Shown: in pieces, positions 13,917-23,527 of the stretch
Position numbering within the stretch: position 1 is the stretch's first letter
How the letters are laid out: the number at the start of each line of letters is the position of its first letter
Assembly (NCBI GenBank): GCA_034408725.1
Contig: JAWXCN010000033.1
Span: 1-31,267 of the forward strand
Reading direction: 5' to 3'
DNA: 31,267 nt
Source: Candidatus Hydrogenedentota bacterium
GTDB taxonomy: Bacteria > Hydrogenedentota > Hydrogenedentia > Hydrogenedentales > SLHB01
The notes under the pieces: generated by a model
Database searches by the model: none
Told to the model about the DNA's origin: nothing
The model's input: only the letters and a program-made list of their open reading frames with translations
Program-made: the position numbers and the translations under genes

Positions 13917-15560
13917 TTATTGCGACGCGCCAGCTTCCAGGTACTTCGCGACTTCACGTGCCGTGAAATTCTCCGGCCCCAACCGTAGCGCCTCTGCAAC
14001 TTCAGCCTTTGCCCCCTCCGTGTCACCCACCATAAAAAGGGCCAGACTCAACTGCGCGTGCACATCACCGTCCTCCGGTTGGATCGTGATCGCCTTCCGG
14101 TACAACGGAATCGCCATGGCCGGCTGATTCTGCTTCACAAACGAACCCGCTAGGTTAAACAATGCGGTCGGATGGTCGGGCCGGACACGCAATGCCGCCT
14201 CAAAATGTTGTCGCGCCTCCTGGAAATCGCCGCGTTGTTCGGCAAGCGCCCCAAGATTGGACCGCACCACATAACTCTCCCCGCCGGCCTTGAGCGAATG
14301 TAGCAGTACCGACTCGCTGTCTCGCCACACTTCCACCTGTATCCACGTGAACACACTCAATACCAATAACACCGCCGCCCCAAACGCCGCGGGCAACGGC
14401 AATGGAATCCGCGCGCGCTCGGCAACATCCACCACGAGCCAAACGAGTGTGATCAGTAAACCTATCGTCGGGATGTACGAGAACCGGTCGGCAACCGACT
14501 GCTCTCCCGCCTGAAGAATGCCGATTACCGGGACAAGCGTTCCCAAATACCATAACCATCCGATCAGCAAGTAAGGTTGCGTCCGCCATCGCCACACCAC
14601 CCACGCCGTCACCGCCACCAGGAAGATCGCCGCGAGCGCAACCTGCCACCAGGGAACACTACCTTCGGGATGCGGGTACACAAACGCCAGATTGAATGGC
14701 CAGAACGTTTTGCCGATATACCACACATATCCCGTCAGCGCGGTAGCGATTCGATCGCCGATCGAAATCGTTTCGAGATTCTTGAGCGCACCGCGTTGCC
14801 CTTGCGCGATGACCGTTATTACGCCGAACACAAGCGACAACCCAAACAGCGGCAGCTTCTCTACAATTAACGGCCAGGCGGCGCGCAATGTGGCGGCATG
14901 GACTTTTAAGTCAATGATGACACGTCGCAGCGGCCACACGTCCAATAACAACAGCACGAACGGAAACGTAACGAGCATCGATTTGGACATGAGACCCAGC
15001 ACAAACAGCCCGGACAGCAGCGCGTAACGCCTCCATCCAGGTTTCCTGCTATACGCGCAGTATGCGATCAGCGCGAGCAAGAAGAAGAACGCGCTCAACA
15101 CATCTTTTCGCTCCGTGATCCACGCCACGGACTCCACGCGCAAGGGATGCATCGCGAACAGCGCCGCTACAAAAAAACTGGGCCATTGACGCTCCGTCAT
15201 GCGGCGCAATAACAGATATAACAGCACGCCGTTGGTACTGTGAATGGCGAGATTGATCAGATGGTGCCAAGCCGGGTCTGCGCCGAATAACTGCGCGGCA
15301 ATCTGGTGCGACAACACCGTCACCGGATGCCAATGGCCAACCACCGTCTCGGTGAACGCAAATCGAATACCCGCAAACGTGAGCCCGCCCAATACCAGCG
15401 GATTTTCGATAATGGTTTCCGGATCGTCCGTGATGAGGTAATCCGCCAACGTCACGCGCCAGAACGCCGCCAGCGGCAGTAGCACCAAGACAGCCGGCGC
15501 GACGTAATGCCCGCTTTGTCCACGCGTCGGATGGCTCTGTTTCGTGTGCTTTTGCTTCAT
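13917..15560 (-). CDS. TMTC-like GT-C fold membrane protein (protein O-mannosyltransferase-like) with C-terminal TPRs
   Basis: N-terminal DD motif, WHPVT, LFAMHPLRVESVAWITERKDVL, ADRFSYIP, then TPR-like helices; ATG at 15560 preferred over TTG at 15581. Confidence 0.85.
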   Translation of the reverse strand: MKQKHTKQSHPTRGQSGHYVAPAVLVLLPLAAFWRVTLADYLITDDPETIIENPLVLGGLTFAGIRFAFTETVVGHWHPVTVLSHQIAAQLFGADPAWHHLINLAIHSTNGVLLYLLLRRMTERQWPSFFVAALFAMHPLRVESVAWITERKDVLSAFFFLLALIAYCAYSRKPGWRRYALLSGLFVLGLMSKSMLVTFPFVLLLLDVWPLRRVIIDLKVHAATLRAAWPLIVEKLPLFGLSLVFGVITVIAQGQRGALKNLETISIGDRIATALTGYVWYIGKTFWPFNLAFVYPHPEGSVPWWQVALAAIFLVAVTAWVVWRWRTQPYLLIGWLWYLGTLVPVIGILQAGEQSVADRFSYIPTIGLLITLVWLVVDVAERARIPLPLPAAFGAAVLLVLSVFTWIQVEVWRDSESVLLHSLKAGGESYVVRSNLGALAEQRGDFQEARQHFEAALRVRPDHPTALFNLAGSFVKQNQPAMAIPLYRKAITIQPEDGDVHAQLSLALFMVGDTEGAKAEVAEALRLGPENFTAREVAKYLEAGASQ

Positions 15561-15580
15561 CCGTGAGTAACATCTTCCCA

Positions 15581-15609
15581 ATAGGTCCCATTCGTCTCAC
15601 AGGCCCCAT
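15581..15609. repeat. Degenerate 9-mer tandem repeat in aspS-TPR spacer
   Basis: ATAGGTCCC / ATTCGTCTC / ACAGGCCCC / AT. Confidence 0.3.
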
Positions 15610-15616
15610 CTCTGTC

Positions 15617-17389
15617 TCATTTATCCGGAAACTTGATCTCCAAATTCAGTTCCTTCAATTGCCGCGGCATCACCTGATTGGGCGCGCCCATCAGCAGGTC
15701 CTGCGCCTTCTGATTCAGCGGAAACGCGATGACCTCGCGGATGTTCGGCTCGTCGGCGAGCAGCATTACGATGCGGTCGAAGCCCGGCGCGATTCCACCG
15801 TGCGGCGGCGCGCCGTAATGAAAAGCGTTCCATAGCGCCGGGAACTTGTTCTTCACCACGTCTTCGGTATAGCCGGCAATCTCGAATGCCTTGAGCATCA
15901 CCTCGGGACGATGATTACGAATCGCACCGGACGACAATTCAATGCCGTTGCAAACGACGTCATATTGATACGCGAGCACGTCCAACGGGTCCTTCGTGGT
16001 CAACGCCTCCATTCCGCCCTGCGGCATTGAGAACGGGTTGTGCGAAAAATCTACCTTCTTGTCGTCTTCGTTCCATTCGAACATCGGGAAATCCACGATC
16101 CAGCAAAACGCCGCGGCATTCGGATCGATCAAGCCCAGCGCGTTGCCAAGATAGCCGCGCACCTTTCCCAACAACGCATTCGTTGCCGCGCGGTTGCCTG
16201 CGCCGAAAAACAGCGCATCGCCCTCGACAGCGCCGGCGCGCTCGACAAGCCCCGCCTTCTCCGTGTCGCTAAGAAATTTTACGATGGGGCCTTTCATCTC
16301 GCCTTCGCGCAACGCGATCCACGCAAGACCCTTCGCGCCTTCGCCTTTCGCGAATGCCTCGGCATCATCAAAAAACTTGCGGGGCTGCGCGGCCATGCCC
16401 TTCGCGTTGATGACTTTGATGGTGCCGCCGTCCTTTACCGCGCCGCTGAAAACCTTGAGTTCGCAATTGCCGAAGATATCGGTGCAATCGATCATCTCAA
16501 GAGCAAACCGCAGGTCCGGCTTGTCGCTGCCGTATTTCTCCATCGATTCAAGATAGGGGATGCGCGGAAACTTCTCGGCGTTGATCGCCTTGTCCGACAA
16601 CTCCTTGAACACGCGCACGAGCATCAATTCAACCTCATGGAACACGTCATCCTGCGTGACGAACGACATCTCCATATCGATCTGGTAAAACTCACCCGGG
16701 CTGCGGTCCGCGCGTGAATCTTCGTCGCGAAAGCACGGCGCAATCTGGAAATAACGGTCGAACCCGCTAATCATCAGCAACTGCTTGAACTGCTGCGGCG
16801 CCTGCGGCAGAGCGTAAAACTGGCCGGGATACAATCGGCTCGGCACCAGATAATCGCGCGCGCCTTCAGGGGAAGAGCTCGTCAGAATCGGCGTGTGATA
16901 TTCGGTGAACCCGCGCTCCGTTAAATGCTTTCGCACCAATTGCGCGGTCTGGGATCGAAGCAAAATGTTTTTGTGCAACCGTTCCCGGCGAAGGTCGAGG
17001 AAACGATACGCCAGGCGCGTCTCTTCGGGATACTCGAGTTCCTGATTGACTGGAAACGGCGTCTGTTCGGCAACCGACTCAACCAGAAATGCATCCGCGA
17101 CAACCTCAATCGGGCCCGTCGCGAGATTCGCGTTTATCGTCTCCGGCGTGCGCCCCACCACCTTGCCCGTAATCGTGACCACGCTTTCCGCGCGGGCCTG
17201 TTCGGCCGTGGCAAAGAAGTCTTTCTCCGGGTTCACAACAACCTGCGTGATGCCATAATGATCGCGCAAGTCGAGAAAGATCACCCCGCCGTGGTCCCGT
17301 TTCCGGTGTACCCACCCCGACAATTTGACCACTTCACCGGCCTGCTCCGGGCGCAATTCTCCACAGGTGTGCGTGCGAAAAGGGTGCAT
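15617..17389 (-). CDS. aspS: Aspartate-tRNA ligase (possibly non-discriminating)
   Basis: [46 protein letters not shown]; His in RDHGG is the residue associated with non-discriminating AspRS. Confidence 0.98.
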   Translation of the reverse strand: MHPFRTHTCGELRPEQAGEVVKLSGWVHRKRDHGGVIFLDLRDHYGITQVVVNPEKDFFATAEQARAESVVTITGKVVGRTPETINANLATGPIEVVADAFLVESVAEQTPFPVNQELEYPEETRLAYRFLDLRRERLHKNILLRSQTAQLVRKHLTERGFTEYHTPILTSSSPEGARDYLVPSRLYPGQFYALPQAPQQFKQLLMISGFDRYFQIAPCFRDEDSRADRSPGEFYQIDMEMSFVTQDDVFHEVELMLVRVFKELSDKAINAEKFPRIPYLESMEKYGSDKPDLRFALEMIDCTDIFGNCELKVFSGAVKDGGTIKVINAKGMAAQPRKFFDDAEAFAKGEGAKGLAWIALREGEMKGPIVKFLSDTEKAGLVERAGAVEGDALFFGAGNRAATNALLGKVRGYLGNALGLIDPNAAAFCWIVDFPMFEWNEDDKKVDFSHNPFSMPQGGMEALTTKDPLDVLAYQYDVVCNGIELSSGAIRNHRPEVMLKAFEIAGYTEDVVKNKFPALWNAFHYGAPPHGGIAPGFDRIVMLLADEPNIREVIAFPLNQKAQDLLMGAPNQVMPRQLKELNLEIKFPDK

Positions 17390-17424
17390 AAACAAAGGCT
17401 CTCCAGCGTAAAGTTAAGCCGCAT

Positions 17425-17454
17425 AGCCTACTGTTCACGCCTAAATCATGTCAA
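17425..17454 (-). promoter_or_regulatory. Probable aspS promoter
   Basis: Minus strand TTGACA (17454-17449), 18-nt spacer, TAGGCT (17430-17425). Confidence 0.6.
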
Positions 17455-17464
17455 ATGAGTTGTA

Positions 17465-17592
17465 TGGATTGCGGTAGCAGTCGCTACCGCTTTTGCTTAA
17501 ACAGCGCTACGGAGATGCAAAAAAGCGGCGCGCCCGCCGATAGCCCCGGCTCCGCCGGAAGCGAAAGCGGTAGCGACTGCTACCGCAATCCA
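17465..17592. repeat. REPIN-like element: perfect 29-bp inverted repeat with internally palindromic arms
   Basis: TGGATTGCGGTAGCAGTCGCTACCGCTTT (17465-17493) and its exact reverse complement (17564-17592). Confidence 0.9.
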
Positions 17593-17617
17593 AAGCGCTC
17601 CGCGCGAGAATGTTCCG

Positions 17618-18583
17618 TCACTGGCTTGCAGATCGCGGTTTCATCACCCGCGCCATCTCTATAAGAAACAACCGCCGCAACGCGTCGTACCCGCGATCAT
17701 TCGGGTCTTCGAGATTTGTAAAGTACCAGTAGTGCGGATCGTCTTTTCTGTAGTGCTCGCGCCACCACTGCATACAATGCACACCATGACCAAGGAATAT
17801 CGCGCGAATATCAACAAGATGCACGTTCTCGCGTTCATCCGCGGTTTCGGCGATTATTGTGTTATAGGCATCGTGAATACGCAGCATTTCTGGCCATGGC
17901 GGCAGTCCCGCCGCGGCAGGATTGCCAACGCCATCGGATGGATCGTAAATATTCGCCAAAAAGATTTGGCAACCCCCGGGAAACGCGGCCGAAACTTTGT
18001 CCAACATTGTGTTCAGTCGAACGCGAAAGTTTTCGATCCAAGTCTGGGACTGTTCCCATGACGCGCCATACATTGCACCTTCCTTTGGCGCGCCGCGTCC
18101 ATACCAATGAATGAGATCATTTCCGCCCGTCGTCATTACGACAATACCGAGTGTGTCAGACGAATACGGTTCCAGTTTCTCCACCTGCGCGGAAAGATGT
18201 TGCAACGAGTCAGAACCCGACACCGAAACATTTATCGGCGTGAGAATCGGAAACACCCGCTTAAGTGAAATGTCGCGCATCTCCGGAAATTCGTCCGGCG
18301 GATTCGCTATCAACCGATCGAAATACGATAAGCCGGGGCTTGCGCCGAAACCCGCCGTTACACTGTCTCCAACGCCCAGCAAAACTAAGGGCCGATCATC
18401 CCAAACGGTTTCGAAGGCCTCATTTGGTACAACGGGGCCCGCGGCCCCTTGACCCACCGGTGGCGGAAACCAAAAACGAAAGGTCGCAAAGTATCGTAAA
18501 TAACCGAACGTACCCGCGAGTAATAGCACGCCAGCGAGTAGAAGCAAGAGTATGCGCGAAGACTTGGACAACTTTTTCGTCAA
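17618..18583 (-). CDS. SGNH/GDSL hydrolase with N-terminal membrane anchor
   Basis: GDSVTAGFG, TTGGNDL, EDPNDRGY; hydrophobic N-terminus; TTG start with GGAG SD. Confidence 0.85.
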   Translation of the reverse strand: MTKKLSKSSRILLLLLAGVLLLAGTFGYLRYFATFRFWFPPPVGQGAAGPVVPNEAFETVWDDRPLVLLGVGDSVTAGFGASPGLSYFDRLIANPPDEFPEMRDISLKRVFPILTPINVSVSGSDSLQHLSAQVEKLEPYSSDTLGIVVMTTGGNDLIHWYGRGAPKEGAMYGASWEQSQTWIENFRVRLNTMLDKVSAAFPGGCQIFLANIYDPSDGVGNPAAAGLPPWPEMLRIHDAYNTIIAETADERENVHLVDIRAIFLGHGVHCMQWWREHYRKDDPHYWYFTNLEDPNDRGYDALRRLFLIEMARVMKPRSASQ

Positions 18584-18652
18584 ATCAGAGAACTCCAGAA
18601 CAACTTTCCCTTGACCAAGTCTATTTCTTTCCGCGCTGCGTTGGGGCGCGCC

Positions 18653-18907
18653 TTACTTAACCTTCTTGACGCGCCCACGGGATTTGGAAACCGTAACGGC
18701 CTGAGCCGTCTGCGCCAACAGGCGCAGTGCCCGATTTACCGATTCCGTGTCCGGAAAAACTGCCGACAGGTCTGGCTCAATGAGCACCAGGTTTGTCCCT
18801 GCCATCGCTTGTTTATAATACTTGCCGCGCACGCCCCCTTTGAGCTTTGACAGGTCGTACTCAGCGCGTAAGCCGCCGGACCGTTTGTTCGGTGCTCTTT
18901 TCTTCAT
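18653..18907 (-). CDS. Small BrnA-like putative antitoxin (orphan)
   Basis: 84 aa, LRAEYDLS..GVRGKY..GTNLVLIEPDLSAVFPDTESVNRALRLL; this pattern is typical of small genes downstream of BrnT toxins; true start ATG 18907. Confidence 0.7.
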   Translation of the reverse strand: MKKRAPNKRSGGLRAEYDLSKLKGGVRGKYYKQAMAGTNLVLIEPDLSAVFPDTESVNRALRLLAQTAQAVTVSKSRGRVKKVK

Positions 18908-18912
18908 TGTAC

Positions 18913-20166
18913 TCACTCTTTCGCGACTATTATCTTCACATCCCGCCCGCGCACGATAAAATAAACCGTTCCCGCAACGCCAAACGCGAACGCCGCCCAC
19001 AAATTCAGCGCGGGCGAGAACCACCACAACACCGCGCCACCGCCCGCGGCAAACGCGACAATCACGTCGCGCAACAGATAGTACAATCCGAACACTGCCG
19101 CCTTCCGGTCTTCCGGCGCGAGATCCATGATAAGCGCCTTGCGCGTGGGTTCGCCAAACTCTTTCAACCCGCGAATGATAAACGCGCCCGCCAGTGGCCA
19201 GAACGATTGACTGTACAGCAGCACGACCGGAAACAGCGTAAAGAATACAAACGTCATTACGACGAACGGTTTCTTTCCGAGGCGGTCCGCCCAATACGCC
19301 ACCGGCACATAGCACAACACCGCCGTGGCCATTTCAATCGTGGTGAGCCAGCCAAACTGTGCAGCCGTCACCTTGTTCGCAATCAGGTCGCAACACCAAA
19401 TCACGACAAACGCCGCGGGAATCTGTTCGCAGAAGCGCACAAGGATATCCGACATCAGTAAATTGCGCAGATCGGAATTCATGAGCGGCATAAGGTTGAA
19501 CGGATTTAGTTCCGCGCGTCGTTGCGCCCGCGGCGATGTTTCGTGAATCAGCCGTTCCTGAAGCACCAGCGCGAGCACAGTCATTGCGAGTGCGACGCCA
19601 AACGCTATGCGCATGCCGATGTCGCGACCCCAATAATCAATGCAATATCCGCCCACCAGCGGACCAATCGCCATCGGGATGCGCTTCACGAGCGAGTGCA
19701 TCGTTACGCCCATTGCGCGTTTGTTCTTCGGCGCGATGCCCGACACGAGGTCCATCGTCGCGGGTAATGAAATCGCTGTCCACGATAGAAACAGCATCGC
19801 GCCGATCAGCGCGGTGGGCCATGACGGCACTGCAATCACAAGCACGTAACCGAGCATCGCCATGAAGTTGAACAGGCGTAGCGCCCGCTTCATCCCCAAG
19901 CGTTCGCCAATGTAACCGCCGAAGAACGAATAGATCGCGCTGAGCTGGTTGTCGAGATATCCGAGCAACCCGACCGCCAACGCGCCCCCACCCAGCGCCG
20001 TGAGGTACAACGGCAAAAACCGCTCGGCCATCTTCTCGCCCATAGCGACAAGAATGACCATTGCCAACAAACCCACCATGCCGCGCTTGAACACGAAGAA
20101 ATCGATGATGCGCTGCATGCGGGTCACAGGCTCTTGGGTTCCGCTCATAGCCGGCGATCCTAGCAT
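18913..20166 (-). CDS. MFS transporter
   Basis: ~12 hydrophobic segments; motif A-like GYIGERLGMKR and WADRLGKK; start may be 20148. Confidence 0.92.
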   Translation of the reverse strand: MLGSPAMSGTQEPVTRMQRIIDFFVFKRGMVGLLAMVILVAMGEKMAERFLPLYLTALGGGALAVGLLGYLDNQLSAIYSFFGGYIGERLGMKRALRLFNFMAMLGYVLVIAVPSWPTALIGAMLFLSWTAISLPATMDLVSGIAPKNKRAMGVTMHSLVKRIPMAIGPLVGGYCIDYWGRDIGMRIAFGVALAMTVLALVLQERLIHETSPRAQRRAELNPFNLMPLMNSDLRNLLMSDILVRFCEQIPAAFVVIWCCDLIANKVTAAQFGWLTTIEMATAVLCYVPVAYWADRLGKKPFVVMTFVFFTLFPVVLLYSQSFWPLAGAFIIRGLKEFGEPTRKALIMDLAPEDRKAAVFGLYYLLRDVIVAFAAGGGAVLWWFSPALNLWAAFAFGVAGTVYFIVRGRDVKIIVAKE

Positions 20167-20260
20167 GGACGAACCGAAACGGAGTTCCCCGGACTTTTTT
20201 TTTCAAAGTAAATCTTCGCCAGCTTGAAACGGAGAAAGTCTGTGGTATTTTTACTCTGCC

Positions 20261-20473
20261 ATGAACAGTTATACCTACACCGTCCATTTTGAACCCGCGC
20301 CTGAAGGAGGTTATACGGTCAGGGTGCCGGCATTACCGGCCATTGTTACGGAGGGTGACACCTACGAGGAAGCACTGGAAATGGCGAGAGACGCTATTCA
20401 ACTTTATGTGGATTGCCTTATCGCGGAAGGTCAGTCAATACCGGAGTGTACTTCTCAAGGCACATCCCCCTAA
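20261..20473 (+). CDS. HicB-family antitoxin (orphan, 3' end formed by a repeat)
   Basis: YTVHFEPAPEGGYTVRVPALPAIVTEGDTYEEALEMARDAIQLY; upstream TTGAAA-N16-TATTTT with TG. Confidence 0.88.
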   Translation: MNSYTYTVHFEPAPEGGYTVRVPALPAIVTEGDTYEEALEMARDAIQLYVDCLIAEGQSIPECTSQGTSP

Positions 20474-20602
20474 ATCCCCCTTCAAAGGGGGACTTTTCAA
20501 GAGGGCTTCATTTACGTTTTTTGGTACCCCATAGCGATCAACACTATGAATTTTGATCGGCGATCTTAAGTCCCCCTTTGAAAGGGAGATTTAGGGGGAT
20601 GT
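20462..20602. repeat. REPIN-like inverted repeat element (34/35-bp arms)
   Basis: ACATCCCCCTAAATCCCCCTTCAAAGGGGGACTT (20462-20495) vs AAGTCCCCCTTTGAAAGGGAGATTTAGGGGGATGT (20568-20602). Confidence 0.88.
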
Positions 20603-20629
20603 TAATGCAGTAGGCCCGAATTCAAAAAC

Positions 20630-21610
20630 CTACCAGCGCACGATCGCCGATGCCCACGTAAGCCCCGCGCCAAACGATGCGAGCAGCACAATGTCTCCGT
20701 CTTTCACGCGGCCTTCGTCTACAGCCTGCGACAGCGCGAGCGGGATTGACCCCGCGGTGCAGTTCGCCACCTTCTGAATATTCACCACGCACCGGTCCGC
20801 GGGCAGGTTCATGCGTTCGGCCACGGCTTCAATGATGCGAATATTCGCCTGGTGCGGAATAAACAATTTAATATCGTCGAATGTCATGCCCGCGGCGTCC
20901 AACGCCACTTTCGCGGCGTTCGCAAATTCGATCACCGCGCGACGGAACAGTTCCTTGCCCTTCATGTGGATCGTATTGATGTCGTCGTCCACATTTTGAT
21001 TGGTCACTGGAATCTTCGATCCCCCCGCCGGCAACCACAACACTTCGCGCCCCGATCCATCCGCCCAGAGGTGCGTCGTGAGCACGCCTTTGTCACCCTC
21101 TTCGGCGCGCAGGATCACCGCGCCCGCGCCATCGCCAAAGAGCACCGCCGTGTCCCGCTTTCCGAAGTTCACGCGGTTGCTCGCCAACTCCGAACCCACC
21201 AGCGCAATCGTCTTGTACATCCCGCTGCGGATAAACGCATCCGCCGTGGCCAACCCATACATGAACCCAGAACACGCCGCGTTAATATCGAAAGCAGGCT
21301 TCGTCCCCATGCCGATATTGTCCGCGACCACGCAGGCCGTCGCGGGAAACACGTAGTCCGGCGTTGTCGTCGTACACAGCACGAGATCAATATCGTCTAC
21401 GGTGACGTCCGCCGCTTCCATCGCCTGGCGCACCGCCGGCGTCGCGATGTCCGACGCGCCGTCGCCCGGTCGAGCAAAATGCCGCTGCTCAATACCCGTG
21501 CGCTGGCGAATCCACTCGTCCGTGGTGTCGCACATCGCCTCGAGCTCTTTGTTGGTCACGACACGTTCAGGCAGAAAATGCCCCGTGCCGATAATACGAG
21601 AACGAATCAT
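20630..21610 (-). CDS. fabH: 3-oxoacyl-ACP synthase III
   Basis: DEWIRQRTGI, AACSGF (Cys), FGDGAGA, PHQAN (His), VANCT (Asn), FGAGLTW. Confidence 0.95.
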   Translation of the reverse strand: MIRSRIIGTGHFLPERVVTNKELEAMCDTTDEWIRQRTGIEQRHFARPGDGASDIATPAVRQAMEAADVTVDDIDLVLCTTTTPDYVFPATACVVADNIGMGTKPAFDINAACSGFMYGLATADAFIRSGMYKTIALVGSELASNRVNFGKRDTAVLFGDGAGAVILRAEEGDKGVLTTHLWADGSGREVLWLPAGGSKIPVTNQNVDDDINTIHMKGKELFRRAVIEFANAAKVALDAAGMTFDDIKLFIPHQANIRIIEAVAERMNLPADRCVVNIQKVANCTAGSIPLALSQAVDEGRVKDGDIVLLASFGAGLTWASAIVRW

Positions 21611-21703
21611 TCAGAATGGTCTCCCACAGCGCGGAGCGTATCAAATTGAACAGCGTCTTTCCAAAAAACCAACGTTTCCATTCGTAACTGTCCTCAACAT
21701 TTT

Positions 21704-21913
21704 AGGAGATATGGTGATGAAGGGAGATATGGAGATAATCGTTCATATTTTTTGCTCATCCTCGTCATTGGTAATTGTAGCTCGTTAGGCGGAGATTTGA
21801 TTTTCCCTTCTTCCATTTTTTAAGGAGACGCCAGACGACGAATTGAGATATAGCGTCAGAACGATAGGGGAAAAAATTTATCCCCACCATCTCCTCCCAT
21901 CGCCTTATCCCCT
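21704..21913. repeat. Degenerate inverted repeat built of GGAGAT-like units
   Basis: 21704-21738 vs reverse complement of 21878-21913: 27 of 36 positions match in a manual alignment. Confidence 0.6.
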
Positions 21914-21926
21914 TCGCATAACCTTT

Positions 21927-22424
21927 TCATCCGATTAAATCCTTATAGCTCACCGCTACCAGATCCTCCTCCCCAATCCCAAATGCGCCGCGCAGTTCCT
22001 GAATCTTCGCATGGCCACCGGCATCGTCATGCCGATCATCGAGCACCGCCTCGAATTCGATGAACGCGCCAAGCCCTTCCACTGTGTCCAGATGAATGCG
22101 AACATTGTCCCACCGCCACAAGCCGCGAATTTTCCGCACCACGGCCACGACACCGAGCGCATGCGCCAGCATGTCACGCAGAGCGGCGCTCGCGGGGACG
22201 ATCTCGTAATCGCTCCCCTTGCTGTCTGCCGTGTTTGCGCGATGGTAGTGGATTAACTCTGTTGCGCCCGGCTCGTTCTCCCGCAATTTCAATCGGCCCG
22301 TCGGGGTGTTGAAATAGGTGTCCACCTGGCGGATGTCCCCTTGAAACACTGCTCCGACCGCGCGACAAACGCCCACCGCCTCGATCACATCGCGTAACCG
22401 CGCTTTGAGTTCAATGTTCCGCAT
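21927..22424 (-). CDS. CYTH domain protein (class IV adenylate cyclase/triphosphatase-like)
   Basis: NIELKAR, QVDTYF, RLKLRE, HLDTVEGLGAFIEFE; ATG at 22424. Confidence 0.9.
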   Translation of the reverse strand: MRNIELKARLRDVIEAVGVCRAVGAVFQGDIRQVDTYFNTPTGRLKLRENEPGATELIHYHRANTADSKGSDYEIVPASAALRDMLAHALGVVAVVRKIRGLWRWDNVRIHLDTVEGLGAFIEFEAVLDDRHDDAGGHAKIQELRGAFGIGEEDLVAVSYKDLIG

Positions 22425-22498
22425 GGGCGGCATTCTGGCAAATACCCCGCGCATGTGCTAGATTTTTGCGCAATCCAACCGTGCAAGAGGGAATCGCC

Positions 22499-23329
22499 AT
22501 GAAAGTCGGAATGAATCTGCTGCTATGGACCGGCGCCGCCACAAAAGAACATTACCCGCTGTTCAAACAGCTCAAGTCTTTTGGCTTCGACGGCGTCGAA
22601 CTCCCCATGTTCAGTACGGAAGGCTCGGACTGGAAAGAACTGAAAACGGTGCTCGGAAATGAAGGCCTCGCCAGCACCGTCGTGTCCGTGCCCGCGCCCG
22701 GCAGCAATTTCATCGGCGAAACCGCGGCAGAACGCGCCGCCGCGCTCGACTTTTTCAAGGGCTGCATCGACGCCTCGAAAACCCTCGGCGCGGAAGTCTT
22801 CGCCGGACCGCTCTGTTCGCCCGTCGGACGGCTCGTTGGCCGTGGCCGTACACAGCAGGAGTGGGACTGGTGCGTCGACGGCATGCAAAAACTGTGCGAC
22901 TACGCCAAGGGAATTACCGTTTCCGTCGAACCGCTGAACCGCTTCGAAACGTATTTCCTCAACAGCACTGCTGACTCCGCCGAATTTTGCAAGGCAGTCG
23001 GACGCGACAACTGCGGCTTCCTCTACGACACCTTCCACGCCAACATTGAAGAAAAGAAGGTCGCCGACGCCATCCGCGCGGGCGGCAAATACATCAACCA
23101 CGTGCACATCTCCGCCAACGACCGCGCCACCCCCGGCGAAGACCACGTGGACTACAAAACCAATTTCGCGACGCTCAAGGAAATTGGCTACGACGGCTGG
23201 CTGATGATCGAAGCGTTCGGCCTATGCCTGCCCGAACTCGCAGCCGCCACCTGCATCTGGCGCAAAATGGCCCCCAGCGAGGAACACGTCGCCCGCGAAG
23301 GCTGCAAGTTCATTCGCGCGAACTGGTAA
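22499..23329 (+). CDS. Sugar phosphate isomerase/epimerase, D-tagatose/psicose 3-epimerase family
   Basis: VEPLNRFETY, YDTFHANIEE, HVHISANDR, IEAF metal ligands; SD GAGGG before ATG 22499. Confidence 0.9.
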   Translation: MKVGMNLLLWTGAATKEHYPLFKQLKSFGFDGVELPMFSTEGSDWKELKTVLGNEGLASTVVSVPAPGSNFIGETAAERAAALDFFKGCIDASKTLGAEVFAGPLCSPVGRLVGRGRTQQEWDWCVDGMQKLCDYAKGITVSVEPLNRFETYFLNSTADSAEFCKAVGRDNCGFLYDTFHANIEEKKVADAIRAGGKYINHVHISANDRATPGEDHVDYKTNFATLKEIGYDGWLMIEAFGLCLPELAAATCIWRKMAPSEEHVAREGCKFIRANW

Positions 23330-23447
23330 CGCGGTTGGGCTGGACGCGCGTCCTTAGCGGCCCGTTCACCATCTCAGCTTCGCTTGCTCCGTGCCGGAGA
23401 CCTGCCCATCCGCGGGCGCCAATGGCGAATCGGCATTTCCCAATGAC

Positions 23448-23496
23448 TTGCAACAAAATGGTTGCAAACCAACCTACTATGTTATACGCTATAGCG
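23448..23496 (+). promoter_or_regulatory. padR promoter with overlapping palindromes
   Basis: TTGCAA (23462-23467), 17-nt spacer, TACGCT (23485-23490); TTGCAAC-N6-GTTGCAA at 23448-23467; CGCTATAGCG at 23487-23496. Confidence 0.5.
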
Positions 23497-23527
23497 CATT
23501 GGGAAGTAGTGTAACGGGGAAACAATC

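Noticed and set aside
18908..19315. N-terminal extension of the 220-aa ORF 18653..19315
   Set aside because: It overlaps the MFS gene in another frame; only the last 84 codons look like a real protein
20750..20780. FabH VANCTAGS instead of YGNTSAAS
   Set aside because: The Cys-His-Asn triad is intact; within ordinary family variation
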